A stretch of DNA of 64,000 nucleotides from a virus. Lineage: Duplodnaviria > Caudoviricetes. Shown here one piece after another: positions 18,587 to 27,099 of this stretch (positions within the stretch are counted from its first letter, which is position 1; every line of letters starts with the position of its first letter). The notes below the pieces were generated by a model. The model worked only from the letters and a program-made list of their open reading frames with translations, did not search any database and had not been told where the DNA came from. Location: positions 19,760 through 83,759 of IMG/VR virus record IMGVR_UViG_2636415645_000002; one strand, 5' to 3'. Made by a program: the position numbers and the translations under genes.

Positions 18587-18985
18587 ATGACCGTAATTCA
18601 AATCTGCGCACTGATCACCATCGTTATCGCGCTCGCGATCCTTTATTGGATCGGCTACAGAGGCGGCTTAACGGATGGTCTGGCTCAGGGCTACAACGAA
18701 GGACACGCACAAGGATTCATTGAAGGCATGGACGAGGGAGAGTCAGCGGGCTCTACCGCACTGGAGCAGATCTCCGAGCGTTGTCGGCGCCTGCAGTTGA
18801 TATTGGACCATCAGCCACTGGATCGCCTCACCCTGCTATCCATCGCCGAAAAGCTCAAGCTAGCGGCCGACACCTTCCGAGCGGTGAGATCTGATAGCCA
18901 GGCAACTCAAGCACTTGCCTTACGTGACAAGGCACTAAGCATGGCTGCCCTGCTGGACCCATTCGAGTTGGGAGACGCAGCATGA
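18587..18985 (+). CDS. Membrane-anchored hypothetical protein
   Basis: N-terminal TM helix followed by GxxxG repeats. Confidence 0.65.
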   Translation: MTVIQICALITIVIALAILYWIGYRGGLTDGLAQGYNEGHAQGFIEGMDEGESAGSTALEQISERCRRLQLILDHQPLDRLTLLSIAEKLKLAADTFRAVRSDSQATQALALRDKALSMAALLDPFELGDAA

Positions 18986-19524
18986 ACCGGATCCTGACCC
19001 ATTCAGGCAAACACTTCGACCTACTCGAACCCGACGCCGACATGATTGACCCACGGGACATCTCGCACGCACTGGCCCATCTGTGCCGATTCAACGGTCA
19101 CACCCGCGAGTTCTACAGCGTGGCCCAGCACAGCTGCATCGTCGCCGAGCTGGTGCCAGAAGAATACAAACTCGCGGCCTTACTTCATAACGCACCCGAG
19201 GCGTACCTGGGCGACATGACGAGGCCACTCAAGCAATGGATCAGCGTCTATGAGCACTTCGAGGACTGTATCTGGTGGCGCATCTGTGATCGGTTCGGCA
19301 TAGCACCAGAACTCCCCGCCTGCGTCCACAAGGCCAACCTGATAGCGCTAGCTACCGAACGCCGCGATCTCATGCCACCCGATCCGGCTATCTGGGATTG
19401 TTTGGTCGGCATCGAACCCATGGTTGAAACCATCCGCCCATGGTCTGTCGCAGAAGCCCGCAACACCTACCACCAGCGCCTGATGGACCAACTCGCTATC
19501 GAACACCGGAGGAAAGCGGCATGA
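18982..19524 (+). CDS. HD-domain phosphohydrolase (YfdR-like) with degenerate active site
   Basis: RFNGHTREFYSVAQHS; LLHNA and ANL where HD and AD are expected. Confidence 0.8.
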   Translation: MNRILTHSGKHFDLLEPDADMIDPRDISHALAHLCRFNGHTREFYSVAQHSCIVAELVPEEYKLAALLHNAPEAYLGDMTRPLKQWISVYEHFEDCIWWRICDRFGIAPELPACVHKANLIALATERRDLMPPDPAIWDCLVGIEPMVETIRPWSVAEARNTYHQRLMDQLAIEHRRKAA

Positions 19525-20018
19525 AGAACCAACAGAACAACACCAGCGCCTTGTCCGCTTTGCTCCGTGCTGCAAATAGTGGCGACACGCTAGAAACAAA
19601 CAGTCTCTGCTGCGCAGCAGCAGGCATTATTGCTCCTCCCAGCGCCACCGCCGAGGCACTTATACCCCACGAAAAGCTGCGCGAGGCAGCGCTCGCTGAT
19701 GCAACGCTAAACGCTCAGGAACGCCCGCTCGCGCAGCCTGTCGTGGGGTATACGCACCGTTCACAGCCCAAAGCCATAGAGGCTGAAATCTTCTCGGACG
19801 ATGAACTGGCCGACCTTACTGGCTATAAGCAGCGAGCCCATCAACGGAAGTGGCTAACTGACCGCAATTGGGTATTCGTCGAGAGTCGTGGGGGGCGTCC
19901 GCTGGTTGGGCGCATGTACGCTCGCATGAAGCTTGGCATGACCAATACAGCACTCATTGAACAAAGCCCGCCGCCGGCGCGACCCGTTTGGACGCCTGAC
20001 TTCTCCAGGGTGAACTGA
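19521..20018 (+). CDS. DUF4224-like excisionase candidate with N-terminal extension
   Basis: SDDELADLTGYKQ...GRPLVGR; directly upstream of integrase. Confidence 0.7.
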   Translation: MKNQQNNTSALSALLRAANSGDTLETNSLCCAAAGIIAPPSATAEALIPHEKLREAALADATLNAQERPLAQPVVGYTHRSQPKAIEAEIFSDDELADLTGYKQRAHQRKWLTDRNWVFVESRGGRPLVGRMYARMKLGMTNTALIEQSPPPARPVWTPDFSRVN

Positions 20019-20019
20019 G

Positions 20020-21069
20020 ATGCGACCTAGAAACACAGAAAACAGGGACTTGCCGCCTGGAATGGTGCGGCGCAAACGCCCTCGCAAGAATGGCAAAGTG
20101 TGGGTCGGCTACTACTACAAAGACTCGACAGGAAAGGAGATCCCGCTAGGTGGAGATCTGAGTAAAGCGAGGTTGAAGTGGGCAGAGCTTGAGGCCAAGG
20201 AAAAACCCGCAGACCTGACGATGATGAAGGGGATCTTTGATCGGTACGCCCGCGACGTCATTCCGAAAAAAGGAGAGCGTACCCAAAAAGACAATCTGGC
20301 CGAACTAAAACAGCTACGCCCCACATTCGATGGGGCTCCCATCGATTCAATCACGCCGGCAAATATCGCCGGGTATCGCGATGCACGCACGGCCAAGGTT
20401 AGGGCCAACCGGGAAATTGCCCTTCTGTCTCACGTGTTCAATATGGCACGCGAGTGGGGCCTCACTGAGCGGGAGAATCCTTGCCAAGGCGTCAGGAAGA
20501 ATAAGGAGGTGCCACGCGACTACTACGCCAATGCGGTGGTTTGGGACGCCGTCTACGGTATGGCGGGCCCGGAACTCAAGGAAGCCATGGACCTGGCCTA
20601 CCTGACCGGCCAGAGACCTGCCGATGTGATCATCATGCGTAGCGACGATACTGAGGGCGATTATTTCCTGGTCACCCAGGGTAAAACCGGGCACAAACTC
20701 AGAATTCTAATGCGGACAGAATCCGGAGAAAACAGTCTCGGGAAATTGGTTAGAGAGATAACCGAAAGAAATGCGCATCACCCCTCCAAGTACCTACTAA
20801 TCAACCAGTATGGAAAAAGGATGACGAAAGGCATGTTGCGCCTGCGCTGGGACAAGGCAAGAGAGAAGGCGCAGCAGAAAGCGCTGGATCAGGGCGACCC
20901 TATGCTCGCAGCAAAGATTGGAGGGTTTCAGTTTCGTGACATCCGACCCAAGGCGGCATCGGAAATCATCGATATTGGCGACGCAAGCCTACTGCTGGGA
21001 CATAGCAAACAGGAGATCACCAAACGGGTTTACAGGAGGATTGGCGCAACTGCTAAGCCATCAAAATAG
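20020..21069 (+). CDS. int: Tyrosine integrase of prophage 1
   Basis: TGQRPAD, FRDIRPK and LLGHS...VY motifs. Confidence 0.93.
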   Translation: MRPRNTENRDLPPGMVRRKRPRKNGKVWVGYYYKDSTGKEIPLGGDLSKARLKWAELEAKEKPADLTMMKGIFDRYARDVIPKKGERTQKDNLAELKQLRPTFDGAPIDSITPANIAGYRDARTAKVRANREIALLSHVFNMAREWGLTERENPCQGVRKNKEVPRDYYANAVVWDAVYGMAGPELKEAMDLAYLTGQRPADVIIMRSDDTEGDYFLVTQGKTGHKLRILMRTESGENSLGKLVREITERNAHHPSKYLLINQYGKRMTKGMLRLRWDKAREKAQQKALDQGDPMLAAKIGGFQFRDIRPKAASEIIDIGDASLLLGHSKQEITKRVYRRIGATAKPSK

Positions 21070-21071
21070 AC

Positions 21072-21106
21072 AAAGTTTCGGAACCCCTGCCCGAAAGTTT
21101 CGGAAC
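21072..21106. repeat. Direct repeat AAAGTTTCGGAAC x2, candidate integrase arm sites
   Basis: Exact copies at 21072-21084 and 21094-21106. Confidence 0.65.
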
Positions 21107-21150
21107 GCCTATCCAAAACCGGCGTTATCTACCCAAACCCCAAAAACACA

Positions 21151-21175
21151 AAAGCCCCGCATTCGCGAGGCTTTT
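21151..21175. terminator. Bidirectional terminator between int and tRNA fragment
   Basis: AAAGCCCCGC-ATTC-GCGAGGCTTTT. Confidence 0.7.
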
Positions 21176-21185
21176 GTATGAATCT

Positions 21186-21246
21186 TGGCGGGAAACCAGG
21201 GATTCGAACCCTGGAGACGCTATTAACGTCCGCCGGTTTTCAAGAC
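21186..21246 (-). tRNA. 3' fragment of tRNA-Ser(TGA), att core; not a complete gene
   Basis: Minus strand GTCTTGAAAACCGGC...long variable arm...GGTTCGAATCCC...CGCCA; 5' half (D arm, acceptor 5' strand) absent. Confidence 0.88.
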
Positions 21247-21288
21247 TGCCGAGTTAACTATAATAATCAACACATTAGCTATTTATCG

Positions 21289-21360
21289 TTTCCGCAACTC
21301 AGAGTTTTTACCAAGCCTACAGCCCGCATGTATCAAGGGGCGTACATTGGGTTGCGGAAA
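21289..21360. repeat. Inverted pair TTTCCGCAAC/GTTGCGGAAA, candidate arm sites
   Basis: Exact 10-bp inverted repeat at 21289-21298 and 21351-21360. Confidence 0.55.
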
Positions 21361-21448
21361 TGATTTCCCCCTCCTCCGGCGTCCTGCCGAACGATCTCCC
21401 CACTCAATAGTTTGCCTGCTACGCTGTTCGCTCCACGGAGGAACAACG

Positions 21449-21658
21449 ATGCCGAACTCAGACCTAATCCCTTCCCTGCTTTCCAAACTCTACGAAAACC
21501 AGCTCGCCCTCGAAGCGTCCATCCTGGAATTGTCCAACTGGGTGGAGCAGCGTGGCTCCGCCGAAGTGGCAGCCAACGTGCGAGGCGCCCTCTTCACAAT
21601 CGGACACAACGAAGAGTTCATCAAAATGACTCTCGCCGTGCTGATGGAATCGGAATAG
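21449..21658 (+). CDS. Small hypothetical protein
   Basis: GGAGG RBS; MPNSDLIPSLLSKLYENQLALEA. Confidence 0.65.
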   Translation: MPNSDLIPSLLSKLYENQLALEASILELSNWVEQRGSAEVAANVRGALFTIGHNEEFIKMTLAVLMESE

Positions 21659-21711
21659 TCGCAAGCCCATACAGCTCGTCGGCTCAAATCGCGCCACGTC
21701 CAAGCCTCGAT

Positions 21712-21731
21712 TACTGTACGCACATACAGTA
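21712..21731. promoter_or_regulatory. LexA (SOS) box
   Basis: TACTGTACGCACATACAGTA fits CTG-N10-CAG. Confidence 0.8.
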
Positions 21732-21746
21732 TTTGAGATTCGCGCT

Positions 21747-22106
21747 ATGAACGTTGACATGGACACCGATGACTGGCTCGGCTGCCCCACCCCGTTGGAG
21801 ATGTACCAGCACCAATGCGCAATCTTGGTAGATGAGATGGTGGAGACCGAGCGCATGCTGCGTCGAGCGCGGGCGAATATCGCCGGCCTGGTGCAGATGA
21901 ATGACCTACTGATGACGGGAAAGGATCAAGCGGAGAATTCCTTGAAAGCCGCCCTATCCCAAGTAGCTGGCTTGAACCTGGAAAACTCACGCCAGGGCCG
22001 CAAGTTAAACGGGTTGGCGATAATCACGGAACAGAGGGACCACCTTCTCAGGGAAAACCAGCGATTGCTGGAAGAGCTGCGGGCACTCAAGGAGCCACAG
22101 CCCTGA
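21747..22106 (+). CDS. SOS-regulated coiled-coil hypothetical protein
   Basis: 119 aa ORF starting just after the LexA box. Confidence 0.65.
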   Translation: MNVDMDTDDWLGCPTPLEMYQHQCAILVDEMVETERMLRRARANIAGLVQMNDLLMTGKDQAENSLKAALSQVAGLNLENSRQGRKLNGLAIITEQRDHLLRENQRLLEELRALKEPQP

Positions 22107-22245
22107 CGTACGCCTGGCACGCACGCAAGGCGATTATGGCGTTGTCCCCGTCGTCGGTGATGGCGACAATTCGTTGCGCATGCGCTGGGTCAAGTTGGGC
22201 TCGCGCAGCTCCATGAACCACGCCGACGGCGCCGGGGGCGGATGG
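22087..22245 (-). pseudogene. 3' remnant of an Rz-like i-spanin gene
   Basis: GVVHGAARAQLDPAHAQRIVAITDDGDNAIIALRACQAYVR resembles the C-terminus of Pseudomonas Rz proteins; no N-terminal TM part. Confidence 0.7.
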
Positions 22246-22380
22246 ATAAGCGCGATATAGGCACACATCCACAACCGCTCCTTTCAAGCTTTAAACTTTT
22301 CAACTAGAATGGTTGACAAGCTTGTCTTATGACGGCTTAATGCAACCATTCTCATGAAAAAGCAGAAAGGGGCCGTGACC

Positions 22381-22761
22381 ATGTCGCTTTCCAAATTTGG
22401 CGCAAAGGTACGTGAGTATCGCCGCGCATATGGCGTAACACTTAGCACGATGGCTAGCACACTTGGCGCTTCTACAGCGTTCTTGAGTGCGATGGAAACA
22501 GGCCGCAGTAAGATCCCGATGGACTGGGTTGAAAAAATTGCCATCTATTTCAACGAACTTGGCGAACAAATCAATGTTCAAGAGTTGAAGGCTATTGCTT
22601 GCGACGATAACGAATCAGTATCGCTTGAAGGGCTGCGTCCGCAGCACCGCATGCTTATCGCTGGTTTTGCCAACTCAGATCTTAACCAGGAGCAGCTGAC
22701 TCGTCTGGGTCGCTTACTCGGGGAAATCTACGGGGAAAACAGCGATGACCACTCCAAGTGA
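22381..22761 (+). CDS. XRE-family HTH regulator
   Basis: FGAKVREYR...MASTLGASTAFLSAMETG. Confidence 0.85.
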   Translation: MSLSKFGAKVREYRRAYGVTLSTMASTLGASTAFLSAMETGRSKIPMDWVEKIAIYFNELGEQINVQELKAIACDDNESVSLEGLRPQHRMLIAGFANSDLNQEQLTRLGRLLGEIYGENSDDHSK

Positions 22762-23242
22762 AGCCGCTCACTATGACATGCGCGGGCATCGTGTGCCCGC
22801 GCTCGGCCCGACCGACATTGATTTTATTGCGGGCAGGATCTGCAAGATCTTCAAGCTAAGTCGTCGCTCATTCTCGGTACAGAAAATAGGGATGTTCATC
22901 AACGACCTCGAAGAAAATGGGATCTTTATTGATTCCATCGAGAACGATGAGTGGATGATGGAGGATATCGCGAGGGCGATGGTGGACCCTCAGAAAGGCT
23001 TCATTTACATGCCGGAATGGATGTACGAGAAGCTGAACAGGAGCGACCCTGAGGCAATCAGGATTTTCCTTCATGAGCTAGGGCACATCTTTTTGTGTCA
23101 CAGAGCGATGCTTCACTTTTCGGACACGAAGGGAATTCTCGAAGAGGACTCCGAATGGCAAGCTGACGAATTTGCTGACGCAATTATCAGAAAGCTCAAA
23201 CTTAAGACGCCTGGCGCACAGCTTGAACTGAAATATTTCTGA
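22745..23242 (+). CDS. ImmA/IrrE-family metallopeptidase
   Basis: RIFLHELGH (HExxH) and SEWQADEFA motifs. Confidence 0.88.
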   Translation: MTTPSEAAHYDMRGHRVPALGPTDIDFIAGRICKIFKLSRRSFSVQKIGMFINDLEENGIFIDSIENDEWMMEDIARAMVDPQKGFIYMPEWMYEKLNRSDPEAIRIFLHELGHIFLCHRAMLHFSDTKGILEEDSEWQADEFADAIIRKLKLKTPGAQLELKYF

Positions 23243-23436
23243 TTGACCATGCCGCAAACATGATCAACCAGAAATTGGCAGTAGGCCGCAAACCTACTGG
23301 GGGAGTTCTCCACTCGCTCTCCGCTTCCGCAGAACCGCTAGTGAAAGCACTGCCTAGAACCAGTGCGGACTCTAGTCCCGTTTGGTGGAGTTGTCCAGAA
23401 TTAATGAGTAGTGGCCACCTCTTTAGGAGAGTCGCT

Positions 23437-23550
23437 ATGACATATACCGACGAACGTGGCACGTTCATCCTCCGCTGGAGCCGTCGCCTCAAAAACGGCC
23501 ACATCCAGCGTGCAGTGGGCAAGCCATTCAAAATTTACATTAGCAAGTAA
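23437..23550 (+). CDS. 37-aa basic peptide
   Basis: AGGAGA RBS; MTYTDERGTFILRWSRRLKNGHIQRAVGKPFKIYISK. Confidence 0.5.
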   Translation: MTYTDERGTFILRWSRRLKNGHIQRAVGKPFKIYISK

Positions 23551-23571
23551 GCTTCCACAGTGACTTAGCTT

Positions 23572-24123
23572 CTACCCACCAAACGGACGAGCGGCAGCGC
23601 CTGAGGAGGCCCTGCCGCTATTTTTTTGAAGCAGTTCAACTGAACCGTTCAGCAATATTGAGTAAGTAGCCTCACATGCCAACCCAGCTATTCGGGCCCG
23701 GTCATACGCAACCGCCAACTCTCCCGCTCTTTGGTCAGCCCGCCGGAGCAAGTCGGAGAGCACCATTGCGGCGCGGGTGGCTGACGCGCCTCGCTGGGCA
23801 GCTCCGGGATCGCCGGGGCAGGCACTGGCGGCAAACTTGTTGGCGTCGACGTGCAGCCGGTCACCAGCAGCATCAGCGGTACCAGCATCAACATCTGCTG
23901 CTTTGTTCTGTTCTCGCGCATCGTTTGCTTCCTTATTCACTGCCGCCTGGCGGCGCTGTTCTTCTGCGCGAGCGATGTTGCCCGCCTCGGTAATTGCGAT
24001 CGCCTGGGCCTCGCCTATCTCTGCCAACTTCCCGTCATACCGCCAGTACTGCACCTGCCAGGCGGCGCCGAAGCTCACGGCCATGGCCAGCAGGACCACG
24101 GCCAACTTCTGCACCGGAGTCAC
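23572..24123 (-). CDS. Rz-like i-spanin (DUF2514-like)
   Basis: N-terminal TM helix, Ala-rich coiled coil, ARIAGLACE; follows endolysin. Confidence 0.8.
   Translation of the reverse strand: MTPVQKLAVVLLAMAVSFGAAWQVQYWRYDGKLAEIGEAQAIAITEAGNIARAEEQRRQAAVNKEANDAREQNKAADVDAGTADAAGDRLHVDANKFAASACPGDPGAAQRGASATRAAMVLSDLLRRADQRAGELAVAYDRARIAGLACEATYSILLNGSVELLQKNSGRASSGAAARPFGG
23688..23894 (-). CDS. Rz1-like o-spanin lipoprotein embedded in Rz
   Basis: MLMLVPLMLLVTG|C lipobox with Pro-rich body in an alternate frame. Confidence 0.7.
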   Translation of the reverse strand: MLMLVPLMLLVTGCTSTPTSLPPVPAPAIPELPSEARQPPAPQWCSPTCSGGLTKERESWRLRMTGPE

Positions 24124-24653
24124 GCCAGCACCTTCAGCGCCTTGTCGTACAGCGCTTGGCGGTCGGCCAGCCCGTTGATGCCGCCATTGATACGACGGGT
24201 GATCTTCAGGAAATCGCTCTGGTCCGCCAGAGTGTTCAGCCCGCGGGAGGACCAGAACCAGGCTGCCGACATTGCCGCGTACTGCGGCTGCTCGAGCAGT
24301 TCCGGCTTATTGATCAGGTCCAGGCTCAACGCATCGCCGCACGCAGCATAGTTCGCCCGACCGGTGATCTGGATCAGGCCTCGGCCACGATATTTAAAGC
24401 CATCACCATTCACCGTATTACCCAGGTCGGTGCGCCCTTCGTAGCTGGCCTGCTGCGCCGTAGGGCCCCACAACTCTTTCAGCCAGCGGAACTGTCCCGA
24501 CTCGTGCCCGACCTGGGCGATGAAGGCGGCGACGCGCAGTCGCGTGACGATCCCGTACTTGGCCATGGCCGTATTCAGCACAGGAACAAAAACGCCGGCA
24601 TTGCGGCTGGCGTTCGGGAGTATTTGCAGCAGCTGCTGCTCGGTAATCGGCAT
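24120..24653 (-). CDS. Endolysin, glycoside hydrolase family 19
   Basis: FIAQVGHES, YRGRGLIQITG and ITRRINGG motifs. Confidence 0.92.
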   Translation of the reverse strand: MPITEQQLLQILPNASRNAGVFVPVLNTAMAKYGIVTRLRVAAFIAQVGHESGQFRWLKELWGPTAQQASYEGRTDLGNTVNGDGFKYRGRGLIQITGRANYAACGDALSLDLINKPELLEQPQYAAMSAAWFWSSRGLNTLADQSDFLKITRRINGGINGLADRQALYDKALKVLA

Positions 24654-24710
24654 GCTTTTCTCCAGGCAATAAAAAACCCGCTCAAGGCGGGCGGCGGTGA
24701 CCGGGCGCGG

Positions 24711-25265
24711 TTATGCGGGTACCACGGGCCACTCAATAGCATCAGGGAACTGCGGCTGCTCGATAACGCGGCTCAGCGCTACGCGGTATTTTTTCCAAGA
24801 CTTGAGGGCGGCGAGGTCTGCGTCCGTGGCTTCGTCGACATCTACGGCGTCCTGTAGTGGCGCGATCGCATAGTCTGCGACGGACCGCAAGCGGGTGATC
24901 TCCGCGAAAGCAGTCTCCATAGGGTCGTCTTCAGGGGCTGTTAGCTCAGGAACCACCTGAACTGGCAATGAATCCACGGCTACATGCAGAGTGATGCTGT
25001 GCGCCAAGTCGGCTGGCTCGCCATCTTTAGCCACGCTTACGGCCAGCACCCCGTCGTTGTAATTTATGGCCACCGAGCAAGACGCATCGACCTGGTTCAA
25101 CACATAACCCCAGCCTTCTGGCGGTGGAACCATGCCAAGCGTTCCGTGCACCAGGTACTGGCCAGGGCCAAGGTGCTCGGTGGTGATAGTGTTAGCACCC
25201 AGGGAGGTGACATCAATAACGGCGCCGTCAGCACCGAGAATGTTTACTGCTGCGCGAGTTGTCAT
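24711..25265 (-). CDS. Tail fibre assembly chaperone
   Basis: IAPLQDAVD...WKKYRVALSR...IEWP motif. Confidence 0.85.
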   Translation of the reverse strand: MTTRAAVNILGADGAVIDVTSLGANTITTEHLGPGQYLVHGTLGMVPPPEGWGYVLNQVDASCSVAINYNDGVLAVSVAKDGEPADLAHSITLHVAVDSLPVQVVPELTAPEDDPMETAFAEITRLRSVADYAIAPLQDAVDVDEATDADLAALKSWKKYRVALSRVIEQPQFPDAIEWPVVPA

Positions 25266-26030
25266 TTAGATAGCCTTGAGTGTGCCGTCAGCGGCGCGAG
25301 TGGTATTTCCGGTGTGGTAGAGCTCAAGCCAGGGTGTTGTGGCGCCATCGTAAATAGACTGAAACTTGATAGTGCCGGAGTTACCAGCCAGGCCGTACGG
25401 CCACGCGACTGTCAGTCTGTTAGAGCCGTCCGAATGACGGAAAATCTGCTTGTACCAGTAGCCCGTGCCGCCGGAGGGCATGCTAGGAGACCCGGGCGGA
25501 TAGAGGTTGGGGTCAAGACCATGCACAGCATTGGTCAGCCAACTTTGAACTACGCTCGTCCGTGTTCTGCCAGTTGCGTAAGCATCTGCGACGTTTCCGT
25601 CCGCGTAGCCAATGGCGGCGACCGCCGCAGTACCCAGCCCCAGGCCATTCCGGGCCGTAGCCTGGTTGTTGCCGCCCGTGCCCCCCATGGTTACAGGGAC
25701 AATATTTTGAGTGGAGACCGTACCAAGGCCCGCCAATGTCGCCCCCCACTGCTGAACCATCAGGTTCACGGCGTCGGCCAAAGCCTTGGGATAACCGTTG
25801 ACCGGGACAATCCCGTAAGCAGCGCCGGCGGCAGTGGCTCCGCGGTAAGGTGGAGAGATCGAGACAGAGGTATTGCTCGACGGGTTGATTACCTGATAGA
25901 TGCCGTTGTCTGGACCGACAAACATGTCGCCAGACCGGCAGTTAGAAAACTTCGTACCGACGCCAGTTACAACGGCATTGCCGTTCGTAACGTTAACGGT
26001 CCCTTCTGAAAACCAAGAAGCCATAGTCAC
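25266..26030 (-). CDS. Tail fibre protein
   Basis: GTVNVTNGNAVVTGVGT N-terminus, GGTG...ARNGLGLG, YHTGNTTRAADGTLK end. Confidence 0.8.
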   Translation of the reverse strand: MTMASWFSEGTVNVTNGNAVVTGVGTKFSNCRSGDMFVGPDNGIYQVINPSSNTSVSISPPYRGATAAGAAYGIVPVNGYPKALADAVNLMVQQWGATLAGLGTVSTQNIVPVTMGGTGGNNQATARNGLGLGTAAVAAIGYADGNVADAYATGRTRTSVVQSWLTNAVHGLDPNLYPPGSPSMPSGGTGYWYKQIFRHSDGSNRLTVAWPYGLAGNSGTIKFQSIYDGATTPWLELYHTGNTTRAADGTLKAI

Positions 26031-26072
26031 TCTCCAAAACTTTCTAGTTAATATATGACTTACCGTCTGGCG

Positions 26073-26768
26073 CTACTGAGAAACCCTACCAACCATCACA
26101 GTTACGCCTGTGACAATCGCGTTCTGCACCCCAATCATACCGAGAGTGAGAATTCTGCTTGGATAGTTCCACATAGCTGCAATCTGGCGATTAGCTGTAC
26201 CAGAGCCAATTGTTACCGCCTGCATACATAGATTATTTATTAACATGTACTCGTCTTCATTCAGATTAAACTGTGAATTAAAGTACGTTATTGACACACC
26301 TTGCCCAGTAGTGCCGCTCCCGGCATAAGTCCAAGTGTTGCTAGCCCGGACAAACTGAGCGGCGGGCGTACCTGAATCGAAAATCGTTTTGCGACTTGCA
26401 TCACGAAGCCTCACACCAAAAATAGCTAATGGCTGGGCCACGTACCCAGCAACGAACCATCTCCCCACTGGCTTGATCGTATACATATTGAAAATACGAA
26501 CTCTGAACCCCGTCCAGTTACCCGCAGATCCAAATATTTCAAGGTTGCTCATGCCAATGATGCCGTTTGCACTATCAGGACGAATGAAAACAAGGGGCTG
26601 TTCTTGGGTTGTGATGGGTGATGGGAAATAGGTTGAAGAGGAGTTACCACCCTCCTCGGTTCCAACGTACCTACCCTTGTACATAACAACGAGCCTCGAA
26701 TACTCCGAATCAATTACTACTCGATTATCGTCACCAGACTTAAATATGAGGCCATACGATTCTGCCAT
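26073..26768 (-). CDS. Tail tip accessory protein
   Basis: YGL...VIDS and FGVRL...IFDSG; downstream of J. Confidence 0.6.
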   Translation of the reverse strand: MAESYGLIFKSGDDNRVVIDSEYSRLVVMYKGRYVGTEEGGNSSSTYFPSPITTQEQPLVFIRPDSANGIIGMSNLEIFGSAGNWTGFRVRIFNMYTIKPVGRWFVAGYVAQPLAIFGVRLRDASRKTIFDSGTPAAQFVRASNTWTYAGSGTTGQGVSITYFNSQFNLNEDEYMLINNLCMQAVTIGSGTANRQIAAMWNYPSRILTLGMIGVQNAIVTGVTVMVGRVSQ

Positions 26769-26769
26769 A

Positions 26770-27099
26770 TCATTTAAACCTTACGACTGTTAGTCGCTGC
26801 CTTGTAATTGTTATGGTAGATGTATTGTATGGATCGCCCTTGATGGTTCTCCATACCCGTACCGCACCATTTAGAATCTCTGGCTCTACCTGCGCGTCGG
26901 ATAGCGAGTTGACTGCCTGAACTGGCGTAGGAAAAGCGGCGGCGTTTTGAGGGGTAATTCCGGGAATCGCTATATCTATAAACTTCGCCCCCCAAGTTTG
27001 AGGGGTTATTATTTCGGAGTACACCACCCTCATTGTGAATGACGTTTCATCAAGTTCAACGACGCCTGTAGGCCCCTTGATCCGCATACCGAAAGTCAT
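26770..27099 (-). CDS. Tail tip accessory protein
   Basis: MTFGMRI; overlaps J stop. Confidence 0.6.
   Translation of the reverse strand: MTFGMRIKGPTGVVELDETSFTMRVVYSEIITPQTWGAKFIDIAIPGITPQNAAAFPTPVQAVNSLSDAQVEPEILNGAVRVWRTIKGDPYNTSTITITRQRLTVVRFK

Larger units (their letters stand above)
1..21246. mobile_element. Prophage 1 (left part extends beyond window)
   Basis: Contiguous tail/head/terminase/holin/primase/cI-cro/integrase genes ending at a tRNA-Ser 3' fragment. Confidence 0.93.

Noticed and set aside
21186-21270. Functional tRNA-Ser gene
   Set aside because: The anticodon stem 5' strand does not pair fully (GCAGT vs ACCGG) and there is no D arm or acceptor 5' strand
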